Shown here in pieces: positions 11,018 to 20,699 of a DNA stretch of 64,000 nucleotides; the stretch's first letter is position 1; each line of letters begins with the position of its first letter. The translations under genes and the position numbers were made by a program. This DNA comes from Nitrosopumilus sp. (GTDB lineage Archaea; Thermoproteota; Nitrososphaeria; Nitrososphaerales; Nitrosopumilaceae). The notes beneath the pieces are model-generated. The model was not told the DNA's origin and searched no databases. It saw only the letters and a list, made by a program, of their open reading frames with translations. Where the stretch lies: positions 1,591,849-1,655,848 of the forward strand of contig CBDBLX010000002.1 in the NCBI GenBank assembly GCA_965207445.1, written 5' to 3'.

Positions 11018-13930
11018 CTATTCGCGCGTCGCTAGCGCGTTGGCAATCTGCGGCCATAGTGGGCTGCTGTACTTTTCGGCGTTAGTGCGGGCCTCTGCTG
11101 CGGTCATCGGGTTTGAGTGGTCAATCTCACCAAAGGCAGCTAGGACGCGGTTCCATCTGTCCACGTGCGCATCGCCGTGCTGTGTCTGTGCTGCCAGCTC
11201 CCTGACGCTGTTGATCAGCGCAGGGTCTATGGCAGGCGGCGCGTCTGGCTCAGTCGGTACGTCTGGCGGCGTCTGCGGCCCGTCCTGTTCTGCTACTGCT
11301 GCCGCCTCTAGTAATGTCAGCACGTCGGCAATCAGGGGCCACAGTGGGCTACTGTATTTCTCGGCGTTGGCGCGGGCCTCTGCTGCAGTCGTCGGGTTGT
11401 CGTGCGTGATGTACCCAAACGCGGCCAGCACGCGGTTCCACCTGTCTACGTGCGCGTCGCCGTGCTGCGTCTGGTTGGCCATCGCGGTCACGTTGGCGAC
11501 CAGCGCTGGGTCTATGGCGACTGCCGTCAGATTCTGCGCCTGGGTGAGCTTGTTGTACACGGGCGGCGGCTGCATCAGACTTGACGTCGTCCCGGCGTCC
11601 TGGACGTCCACAGTCCAGCTTGCAAATTGTCCCAGCGTGTAGTCGGCTCCGGGGTTTATCGTGAGTGTAACATTGTTGACGTCTATGACGCCGTCATCTA
11701 TGGTCGGAACCTCCAGTGTATACGAGCCGATCGGCGGAATCTCCACGATGCGCCAGCCCGCATCAGAGGCGTTCAGAATCCCGCCGGCGCCCGAAAGGGT
11801 GACATTGACTGGCAAAGGCGACAGGGGGGGCGGGGACGCGCCGATGCCAAAGGAGACGTGTTCGCCCTCTGAACCACCGCCTGATATACCAATTGATACC
11901 TCGGGTGGTGGAGGTGGGGAGTTATTGACATGGGGGCTGTCTGCCACTGAGATCGTCACGGTGTTTGCAGAGCCGACCTGGTAGCCGGCCCTTGAATGTA
12001 ACTTAATTGTGATGGAGCCGGCAGGGTTGGCGTCGTTGCCGTTGCTCTTTGTGACGATGCCGCCGCCGGGATTTTGATTTTTGCCCTGTGCAATCAGTAC
12101 GTCACTGTTAAAGGAACTAGAAAATGAATTATCACTCGAAACGGCTCCGGTGATAGACAGGCTTACTCTAGGATAGATGTCAGAACAAGCCAAGTATTCT
12201 GATTTGACCAGTCCAGTAAGGTTGACCGTGTCGCCCTCTGTCACTGGTAGTTGTCTATCAATGACACTTTTATCAAGCCAGAAGACGGGGCCGTCAGGGT
12301 GCGGTTTGTGTTCAATCAATGTCATCCTCTGCCAGTTCTCATCGCCGTCGCGTATTTGGTAGTTTTTACTGGGTTTTAGTCTAAACTCTATCCAATTCTG
12401 ACCAGAGGGGTTGCAATCCCTTACCGTCTCAGACTGAAAGTAGTCGACTCTGCCGTGCACACCGAATATGTGCATCGTATTGTCGGATGCTTCAAGTATA
12501 TGGCCACTGTCTTTAGTCTCGAACATTACTTGCAGCGCAGTACCTGAGATGTGCGGCGGGTCCACGTGTATGGGTATCGACACCTTGCGGCCCTCAAAAT
12601 AAGAGCCAGATGTGTCCAGTGTGACGCACGGTTTGTCTGTGGTGCAGGGAGGAGGGGGTGGGGGTGGTGGAGGCGGGTTGGGGTCCGGGTCGTTGTCTCG
12701 AATGGTAAATGTGACAGTCGACGGCTCACCTACAATGTAACCATCCCCGGGAAGCAGAGTGTACGTTATAGTGCCGTCTGGTTCATGGACATTGTCATTA
12801 TCTGTGATAAGTAGTATTCGATTACCTTGCACATTACCGGCGTTAATTGGATGAGGAAAAACCCAGTCAGGTCCCATAGGCCTATACGTGGGTATTAGAA
12901 TGTCACCTAATTCAACTGTGCATGCGGGATCAAGCTGGCATCTGGCAATCTCCCTATACGAGGAGAATAGAAAGTCACCTAATTCAACAGCAGAAACTCT
13001 AACCGTTATATCAACGGGTGAGGGATTAGATAGATGTATGTTAGTTCTAGTCTGTCCACCCTCAGTCTGCACCAGAGCCAGGGATGGAGATAGTGTAACA
13101 GTCGGTATAACATAAGCAGGCACATCCTCCGCGATGACTCTGAATATTGGAGATATGCCATACGAGTATCTAACGGCCTGCGTATACTTGCCGTGCTCGT
13201 TGCGGCTTTCACTTGACTCGCCAGGTGTGTCTCCTGCGTAAAAGTCATTATAGTTGTCAGCTATCTTGCTATTGCTACCAAGCCAGTATATTGGTACGTC
13301 TACTCCTTCTTGAGTGTAAGTGTGACTCCTGACGCTGTCGCGATCAGAGTGACCGAAATGCAGTACACGAAAATACTCTGAGAACTCGCGCATCGCAGAG
13401 GGCTCTGAGTTTGCAACGCTTACTGTCCGTTTATACACATAATAACAATAATCCGAGCTGTCTCCATTTATGTCAGTTCCCTCACCATTATTGTTCCTTT
13501 TAACAATATCCCAATAGACATCTGAGCCGACTGTCTGGCCATAATAACCATAACACTCAACATCAGGATCATCGGTTATATGATAGTACGTCGCCTTGCC
13601 GTACGTAAAGATGTTGGATGATTCAATCAGGTCCTGTATCTTTGTATCCGTAAATGAATGGCCCTCGGATGGTGAGAACAGTAGTCTGAACGTGTCCCCG
13701 GCTGCCAGGCCATCGGGTGTATAATCCCAGTCAGCAGGCACTGCAACTATTGTCTGTGCGTAGGCTTGCTGATCAGATGGTAAAAGTGAGATTGCTGTTA
13801 CTGTTAGTATGGCTAGTATGATAGGTAATAAAACGCGACGCTTGGTGTGTGATCTATTACTGCCTGCCTGCCTGCCCCCCCCCCCCCCGAGTGAGTGTGT
13901 ACAGTTGAGTGGGTGGCGCGTAGTAATCAT
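11018..13930 (-). CDS. Large secreted surface/adhesin-like protein (signal peptide, possible lectin-like N-domain, Calx-beta-like Ig domains, Pro linkers, 2 C-terminal repeats)
   Basis: Signal ..LLPIILAILTVTAISLL..QAYAQ; DNDNVHEPDGTITYTLLPGDGYIVG Calx-beta-like motif; poly-Pro linkers; GC-rich 3' half. Confidence 0.75.
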   Translation of the reverse strand: MITTRHPLNCTHSLGGGGGRQAGSNRSHTKRRVLLPIILAILTVTAISLLPSDQQAYAQTIVAVPADWDYTPDGLAAGDTFRLLFSPSEGHSFTDTKIQDLIESSNIFTYGKATYYHITDDPDVECYGYYGQTVGSDVYWDIVKRNNNGEGTDINGDSSDYCYYVYKRTVSVANSEPSAMREFSEYFRVLHFGHSDRDSVRSHTYTQEGVDVPIYWLGSNSKIADNYNDFYAGDTPGESSESRNEHGKYTQAVRYSYGISPIFRVIAEDVPAYVIPTVTLSPSLALVQTEGGQTRTNIHLSNPSPVDITVRVSAVELGDFLFSSYREIARCQLDPACTVELGDILIPTYRPMGPDWVFPHPINAGNVQGNRILLITDNDNVHEPDGTITYTLLPGDGYIVGEPSTVTFTIRDNDPDPNPPPPPPPPPPCTTDKPCVTLDTSGSYFEGRKVSIPIHVDPPHISGTALQVMFETKDSGHILEASDNTMHIFGVHGRVDYFQSETVRDCNPSGQNWIEFRLKPSKNYQIRDGDENWQRMTLIEHKPHPDGPVFWLDKSVIDRQLPVTEGDTVNLTGLVKSEYLACSDIYPRVSLSITGAVSSDNSFSSSFNSDVLIAQGKNQNPGGGIVTKSNGNDANPAGSITIKLHSRAGYQVGSANTVTISVADSPHVNNSPPPPPEVSIGISGGGSEGEHVSFGIGASPPPLSPLPVNVTLSGAGGILNASDAGWRIVEIPPIGSYTLEVPTIDDGVIDVNNVTLTINPGADYTLGQFASWTVDVQDAGTTSSLMQPPPVYNKLTQAQNLTAVAIDPALVANVTAMANQTQHGDAHVDRWNRVLAAFGYITHDNPTTAAEARANAEKYSSPLWPLIADVLTLLEAAAVAEQDGPQTPPDVPTEPDAPPAIDPALINSVRELAAQTQHGDAHVDRWNRVLAAFGEIDHSNPMTAAEARTNAEKYSSPLWPQIANALATRE

Positions 13931-14376
13931 TATGACGTAGTTACAAAGTACATATTATTAAAAGTATCGAATATATTAACGTGTTGTATAATTTAGTTAA
14001 TCAAGTATTCAAACCTACAAATTTTGTCAAAATATAATTGATTATATAAAAAACTCTAAATTGGATAAATCATACCACGTATAGTGATATTCATAAATTC
14101 TGATATAAAACACACAGGTGATTTTTAACAGACATTTTTGCACAGGAATACTCAATAATTCAGTTACGCGCCGCACTTGCGGCCATGTCAGAAATATATT
14201 AAAAATGATCAGAAATATATTAAAAATGATCATGAATTATTTACAATAGATTCGTTGCTTTGTGCTAGAGTTTTTGAGTATTGTTGTAGTAGATGTACAT
14301 TGCAGCAATCTAGAGGACCTGCACCACCATCATCATCATCATCATCATCATCACCATCATCATCGATTCCAATCCA

Positions 14377-14486
14377 TAATAGTTTCATTAAAGATCCAAT
14401 AGTTTTCTAATATTTTGTATTCATAATATGTACTCAACTTCGAGATGAATATCAATCAAAATATCGGATCTTTAATCAGGGGATTA
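14377..14486. mobile_element. ~110-bp MITE sharing the IS630 TIR
   Basis: TA-ATAGTTTCATTAAAGATCCAAT ... ATCGGATCTTTAATCAGGGGAT-TA. Confidence 0.7.
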
Positions 14487-14704
14487 TATACGAAAGTTAA
14501 CTAGGCACACTGACACCACCCAACAAACCCGTAATTTGTTGGCATGACTACGATACGCAAGTAGAGTGGATGATGAATTATGCAACAAACTAATTTGCAG
14601 TAAGCCCGGTCTACACTGCCAAACAACGCCTGTTCAAATGGAAAAAGCAGAATGGAGGTTTATATGATTAAATATGTAAAGCTCCAAGTCCTGGCACATT
14701 CTGT

Positions 14705-15670
14705 TTATTGAGATTTTTCAATAATCTCGTAAATTTCTTTAAGACATTTTTCATAGCTGCCGTGAAGAATTTTACTACATGCTGCTTTTGCATGCTCGTC
14801 AGAATTTTTGGGTGCAAAACTGTACTCACATGCCTTAAACATGGGTACATCCAATTGTGAATCACCCACTGCAATCTTGTATGATGTGCCCCACTTCATT
14901 TTATCTGCTAATTTGAGTATGGCAGATCCCTTGTCTATGTCTTTTGCAGATATATGATATGAGTTCTGGCTTTTGTGTACCGCTACTTTAGCTTTCGTTG
15001 ATTTAATAGCACGTTTGATTTGATCTTCTGTCACGTCATCTTGCAAAAAGATCACCTCTGTAATTCTTTCACCCTGTTCCATATCTTCTTTGATTGTATA
15101 GTGTTTTTGAAGATATTCCAAAACTTTTCTTGGTTCTTCCTTATTTCCCCATTCTAAATATCCATCATGAGTGAAACCCAGAATAATGCCACCGTTTTCT
15201 GCAATTGAGTTCCTCTGTATTGTTGGATTTTGTCTAATTATTTCAGATAGACTTTCTATAGATCTTCCGGTTGCAATATAAATCCATATACCTTTGTCTT
15301 GGATCTTTTTTAGTATTGGTGGAATTGAATGATGTATTATTCCCGCTCTGCGGGTTATTGTACTATCCACATCAAGTATAAGCCGGATGTTGTTTGTTGC
15401 AAATAATCTCGTTGATTTTGTATTTTTGTGCTTGGGTATCTCAATAGGCGTTATTGATTCCACATAACGCATGCCCATAATGATGTCTCGTATTGATTTA
15501 TATTTTTTAGAACGATTACTAGTCTCTATAAGATTAATTATTATTTCATCAAATGTTTCGTTGGCACTTGTTATGATTATGTCATGCTTTAGTATCATTG
15601 AGCAGACCGTACGACATTTTCCTTTTTTTGTACTAATATATACATAAACCACAATATGACATGAGACCAT
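14705..15670 (-). CDS. HAD-IIB phosphatase (phosphoglycolate phosphatase-like) with extra ~90-aa N-terminal domain
   Basis: LDVDSTIT, IATGRS, DKGSAI, AVGDSQLDVPMF. Confidence 0.8.
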   Translation of the reverse strand: MVSCHIVVYVYISTKKGKCRTVCSMILKHDIIITSANETFDEIIINLIETSNRSKKYKSIRDIIMGMRYVESITPIEIPKHKNTKSTRLFATNNIRLILDVDSTITRRAGIIHHSIPPILKKIQDKGIWIYIATGRSIESLSEIIRQNPTIQRNSIAENGGIILGFTHDGYLEWGNKEEPRKVLEYLQKHYTIKEDMEQGERITEVIFLQDDVTEDQIKRAIKSTKAKVAVHKSQNSYHISAKDIDKGSAILKLADKMKWGTSYKIAVGDSQLDVPMFKACEYSFAPKNSDEHAKAACSKILHGSYEKCLKEIYEIIEKSQ

Positions 15671-15682
15671 TAAAAGATAAAT

Positions 15683-15979
15683 CTATTGATCGTCGGTGAT
15701 GATGTGTAAATTATTTACACCTATAGGTCTTGAAGTTTTGGTAGTCAAATTCCATAATGATTTTTCAAATGCGGACTCATTTGACTTTTGCACCAGTGCA
15801 GTAGCAGCAACACACCATCTCTCGCCTCTTATATGGGCATTAGTGACATGTGCCTTTCTTATATTGGGAAAAGCACTGACAAGTGCATCTCGAATCTGCT
15901 TACATTCATCATGATGTTTTTTGTCACATTGCAACAAAACAAATGCAGTCTTTAGTTGGTTTTCTGACTGTTGCATCAT
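15683..15979 (-). CDS. Hypothetical protein, possibly Lrp/AsnC ligand-binding (RAM)-like
   Basis: KTAFVLLQCD start and alternating beta/alpha pattern. Confidence 0.5.
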   Translation of the reverse strand: MMQQSENQLKTAFVLLQCDKKHHDECKQIRDALVSAFPNIRKAHVTNAHIRGERWCVAATALVQKSNESAFEKSLWNLTTKTSRPIGVNNLHIITDDQ

Positions 15980-16054
15980 TACACATACACCTTTGTTCTA
16001 CTTAACCTCATTGCTTGCCATACTATTTTTAATATAAATGGTGTAGATTTATGC

Positions 16055-17903
16055 TAGCGTGTTGCATAACTCGTAAATTTATACTCCTCTGGGGTCGTGG
16101 CCATGTGGTCTGAGCCGCGCAACCTACGTTACACGATTCGAAGCCACTCAAATGCTCTGTAAACTGGACAGGAAGACTGTCTGCCTCAAGCTACGATGCC
16201 AGCGGGTGTGTCAAGTCACGCCTACAACAAGCCATAAGCAGGCCGTGCTTCCAAGCCTACAAAGTGTACGCGCAAAACATGGCGTGGTAGACGCCTTGGT
16301 ATTTTGTTAGTACATACACATATCTCCATATGTGTATTTAAGCTGTACAATGTGCCATTATACGGCAGTGTAGATGTGCAAATAGGTTAAATACGCATGA
16401 CGTGAGATCTCATCGATCAGAAAATGATGAGATCAAAACATCAGCAATACAATATTGTAAAGGGTAAATTTAACACTGCTTGTGTCCCGCGCACGCAAAC
16501 CAGAGATGAGGTTGTATCATGAACAAAAGTGCAGAGCAGGTAGACAAAACTACCAGGCTAGGCAAAACTACCAAGCAGGTAGACAAAACTACCAAGCAGG
16601 TAGACAAAACTACCAAGCAGGTAGACAAAACCACCAGGCAGCGAAAACCAGACAAGCGATCCTCATACGAATACAATGACAAGTATGTCAAACGTTCACA
16701 CCATCTGTTTGATATGATAGCAAACCTACTTGAAAACTGTAATGATCCAGAGGAGCTAGCTGCCATGAACCGCAACAAGCAAGGGCGTCCATTCGTGTAC
16801 ACACGCAGCCTAATAGCAATTGTATCGCGTGTACGTGATATAATACGACTACCATACAGATCATGTGAGGGTATGTGTGAGGCGGCTATGAAGGAGGGAT
16901 ATCCAGATTTCACCACACTGTTTAGACGAATTAATACACAAAATGTATCTATAAAGGACAGCCTCTCAAAGACTACTTGTGAGAACTTTTCAATCAATAT
17001 TATACCTGATGGTACTGGGCTGACACCTTTTACACGCAGTGAGTACATTCGTATCGTACACAAGGTGCGACGTGGATTTATCCGACTAGTCATAATGATT
17101 AATAGAGACACCCAAGAGATTCTGTCATTTAGCATCACAGACAGTTCAACAGGTGAGCAGCCCGTATTCAAGAAACTTTTAGAAGACGCCCTCAGAAATA
17201 TGGATATTGAACCTGGCGCGCGACGCAGACAGGTCAAAGAGCAAAAAAATCACAAGAGCAAGACATATCCTAAAATTACTATGACTGCTGATGGTGGTTT
17301 TGATACAAGAAAGATATTCTCAATGTGTAGAGAATTAGACATTACGCCAAACATTAGAGTTCAGACAAACTCAAATACCAAAGCTCGTGGCGTTGACCGC
17401 GCTAGATCCAATGTGGTACTCGAGCAGCTCGCGGGGGCCCAGATGCCACACCAATGAAACTTGCATCACTTCCAGAATCCGAACGTGAGGCAAACCGCAA
17501 AGAGTGGAAAAACAAGTAGATTATGGACTACGGTTAGCTTGTTGAGATTGTGATATCTGCATTCAAGAGAACATACGGTGGTGCGGTCATGGCAAGAAAG
17601 ATGGAGAATATCTGCCAAGAGATCAAATTAAAGATCCGCACCTATAACACAATGCTGCGAGTTGGCAAGGGGGTGAAACCATAATTCTAACAACATAAAC
17701 ATAAACAACTATTTGTGCACATAATTACGCACTAGATGCAAATAGAGTCCTAGTGCCGGATCAACATGCTTGATTTTTGAAGATGTAAGGCTTCAAATCC
17801 GGTCATTGTGGCTTGCACTCTTACACGTGTCACTGCAAGTCTGCTGAATCATATTGCAACGGTGTCGTCCTATAGGATGCGCATTGAGTTATGCAACACG
17901 CTA
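16055..17903 (+). mobile_element. IS5-family element with perfect 18-bp inverted ends (including terminal TA)
   Basis: TAGCGTGTTGCATAACTC at 16055 and its exact reverse complement ending at 17903. Confidence 0.85.
16519..17683 (+). pseudogene. IS5-family transposase, 3' frameshifted; N-terminal 21-bp tandem repeats
   Basis: GRPFVY, PDFTTLFRR, IPDGTG, TADGGFD; C-terminal VEIVISAFKR in another frame; QVDKTTK repeats. Confidence 0.8.
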
Positions 17904-18290
17904 ATACGCCTGCACGCTTCAATACCTCATATCCATCATGGACGGTGTCTGTACCCAGCCGGAGATACCCACAATTAACGCAAGAATATCCCCCTTTAAT
18001 CATATCAGTATCCATATTTAGTAGTAGTGCAAAAAAACTATTCATTGATAATTGATGAGAAACTCAAATGACAGATATAGATAGTGTGCATCTCAAATTG
18101 CAGGCATCTACAAAGAGATTACTTGTCCCACATTTGACACCAAACTGGCAAACGCGCCACCCGATCTGTTTGTGTTTGTCAAATATTCTGATACCATCTA
18201 CAAACAATGCATCTAAGCAGATTCTTAGACTAGTTGTGCTGTACAAAAAAGTTCGACTTATTTCAGAGAACAATTAGCATTCAGATATAC
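17904..18290 (-). pseudogene. Possible IS66-like transposase remnant
   Basis: Degraded LFVDG...GW and TVHDGY motifs; cut by the IS5 end. Confidence 0.3.
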
Positions 18291-18401
18291 AGTAGGCCTA
18301 GATGGCACATATGTTTACTTTAGACTATGCCCACATATATACCCCATTGTGCATGCTTGTCATACAGTAAGGCTGATGACACATATGTTTACTTTAGAAA
18401 C

Positions 18402-18480
18402 GTAACCGTTCAACCTCTTCTCAAATTTAGGCACAGATTCATCGTCTAACATCTAACAGGCACAGGGGTTAAACTGTTAT
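18402..18480. mobile_element. ~80-bp MITE (GTAACCGTTCAA family)
   Basis: Core CAAATTTAGGCACAG shared with 24822 and 34563. Confidence 0.75.
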
Positions 18481-18527
18481 ACAGTAGTAATGCCAACATT
18501 CATTATATTTGAGGAAATAGAGATATT

Positions 18528-18746
18528 GTGGATATTGCATCGCGTAGAATTCCTTTGATGATAATAGGTATATTGCTTGCCATATTGGTCGTTCAGTATG
18601 TTGCAAATACATCAAACACAAACATGTTCATAGACCCCACCACATGTGAAATATATACACAGAGTGTTCCAGGTAGTGCAAGTGAAAAGGTATACACAGG
18701 AGAGTTTGATGAAAAGTGTATGGAATTAAAAGAGATATTACCATAG
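18528..18746 (+). CDS. Small membrane-anchored protein
   Basis: N-terminal TM, Cys pair. Confidence 0.65.
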   Translation: MDIASRRIPLMIIGILLAILVVQYVANTSNTNMFIDPTTCEIYTQSVPGSASEKVYTGEFDEKCMELKEILP

Positions 18747-18945
18747 TCATTACAAACACAACAACAAATCTCTTCTACCATCTTTGAATATGCAAATCAT
18801 CTCCCACTATCAACTGCAAATATAAACAAGTATCACATATAATACAACTCAAATATTCACACAGTTATAATCAAAACTCATGTTAAAATTCTAATTTAAC
18901 AAACTATCAAAGTTAATAATAACTCTACAAATCACAAAAACAGAA

Positions 18946-19212
18946 ATGACAGTAGAAGAAGAGATTAAAAATATATCAAAGCTCATGAAGATCAGGATAA
19001 TAGATCATCGAGAATATATTGAAAAAGTCCAAAACATGTTAGATTTTTTCAATATGTTAGATTCAGCAGGTGTAGAAGAAGAAGAGATACCAAAAAACAC
19101 AAAATTAATTTCACAGTTGCGAGAAGACAAACATGTAACGTTTGATGAAGAATTACTAGAGAATCTCAAAGAGTTCAGAGACGGCTACATAAGAGCGCCC
19201 AAAATGAATTGA
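18946..19212 (+). CDS. gatC: Asp-tRNA(Asn)/Glu-tRNA(Gln) amidotransferase subunit C
   Basis: LRED and YIRAPK motifs; upstream of gatA. Confidence 0.85.
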   Translation: MTVEEEIKNISKLMKIRIIDHREYIEKVQNMLDFFNMLDSAGVEEEEIPKNTKLISQLREDKHVTFDEELLENLKEFRDGYIRAPKMN

Positions 19213-19220
19213 TACAAGTA

Positions 19221-20699
19221 ATGGAGAAGAATTCAACAATGATACGTATATCTGCATTAGAATATGTTCAAAAAATTTCAGAAGGGGTATTTACAGCAGA
19301 AGAATTTGCATCAGAAACAATAGAACATATAAAAAATACAGAGTCAAAACTTCATTCGTTTTTACATATAACAGACAGCAATAAAATACTAGAACAAGCA
19401 AGGAGTATAGACAAGAGGATAAAGTCAAATCATAAAGTCGGCATATGCAAAGGTATGCCAATTGCAATAAAAGATAACATATGCATCAAGGGCCAAACAA
19501 CCACATGTGGCTCCAAAATGCTAGAAAAATACATCTCACCTTATGATGCAACGGTAATCTCAAAATTAAATGCGCACGATTCAATAATAATTGCAAAGGC
19601 CAACATGGACGAGTTTGCAATGGGACTCACAACAGAGTTCAGTGCGTTTGGTACTAGTTGTAACCCATGGAATACAGATTATGTTCCAGGTGGGTCGTCA
19701 GGTGGTAGTGCAACAGCAACGGCTGCCTATGAGTGTGTAGCATCACTTGGTTCTGATACAGGAGGCTCTGTTAGAAATCCTGCAAGTTTCTGTTCTGTTG
19801 TAGGGTATAAACCGACATACGGATTAGTAAGTAGATATGGTCTTATATCATACTCAAACAGCATAGAACAGATAGGCCCCATTACACGAACGGTAAGTGA
19901 TGCAGCATTTCTCTTAAATGTAATTGCAGGACATGACATAAACGACAACACGACAATTGATTCCAAGTATGAGATAGATTATCTTGATGGTATAAACGAT
20001 AGTATGCAACAATTACGAATAGGCATAATAAAAGAGGCAACTGAAGGTGACGGTATAGACCCACAGGTCACAAGAGCAACCAAAAATGCCATACGGGATA
20101 TGGAGCGCGCAGGTGCAGTATGTGAGTATGTGTCACTTGAGATGATCAAATATTCAGTACCAGCATATTATGTCATTACAGCAGCAGAAGCAGGGAGTAA
20201 TTTAGCAAGATATGACAATCTACGATACGGATACGATCTCTCACTTGAAGGCTACGAGTTTAACTCGTATGTTGAAGAGGCGCGTACTAAACTTGGAGCC
20301 GAGGTTGCAAGACGCATGATAGTGGGCGGTTATGTATCCACCTCAGGGCATAGTGGGAAATACTATCTAAAGGCGCAAAAAGTACAAGCAAAGCTTACAA
20401 GAAAAGTGACAGAAATGTTTGATAATTATGACATATTGATATCACCCACTGTCCCAATACCACCATTTAAGATTGGTGAAAAGATAGACGATCCCATTGC
20501 ACTATTTATGGTAGATTTTAACACCGTTGTGGCAAATCTAACAGGTAATCCAGCAATATCCATCCCATATACAACATCAGATAAAGGATTACCAATAGGA
20601 ATTCAAATGATGGCAAACAGATCAAATGACAAGTTGCTCCTAAAGGCAGCAAGAATACTTGAAAAACAGAGGCCACCATTACCAGAGGTTCAAATATAA
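19221..20699 (+). CDS. gatA: Amidotransferase subunit A
   Basis: PIAIKDN, GGSSGGS, GSDTGGSVRNPAS amidase signature. Confidence 0.95.
   Translation: MEKNSTMIRISALEYVQKISEGVFTAEEFASETIEHIKNTESKLHSFLHITDSNKILEQARSIDKRIKSNHKVGICKGMPIAIKDNICIKGQTTTCGSKMLEKYISPYDATVISKLNAHDSIIIAKANMDEFAMGLTTEFSAFGTSCNPWNTDYVPGGSSGGSATATAAYECVASLGSDTGGSVRNPASFCSVVGYKPTYGLVSRYGLISYSNSIEQIGPITRTVSDAAFLLNVIAGHDINDNTTIDSKYEIDYLDGINDSMQQLRIGIIKEATEGDGIDPQVTRATKNAIRDMERAGAVCEYVSLEMIKYSVPAYYVITAAEAGSNLARYDNLRYGYDLSLEGYEFNSYVEEARTKLGAEVARRMIVGGYVSTSGHSGKYYLKAQKVQAKLTRKVTEMFDNYDILISPTVPIPPFKIGEKIDDPIALFMVDFNTVVANLTGNPAISIPYTTSDKGLPIGIQMMANRSNDKLLLKAARILEKQRPPLPEVQI

Noticed and set aside
10980..11642. 220-aa plus-strand ORF and many other antisense ORFs in the track
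   Set aside because: Shadow frames of real genes on the opposite strand, with no motifs.
10398..13930. Diversity-generating retroelement (template/variable repeat pair in the surface protein)
   Set aside because: No reverse transcriptase in the window, and differences between the repeats are not confined to adenines.
16470..17237. 255-aa minus-strand ORF with CLVVLST repeats
   Set aside because: Antisense of the IS5 transposase.
18301..18398. Two 24-bp direct repeats about 50 bp apart, resembling a mini-CRISPR
   Set aside because: Only two copies, no cas genes or leader; similar local duplications occur at ~10265-10385, ~24900-24992 and ~37960-38066.
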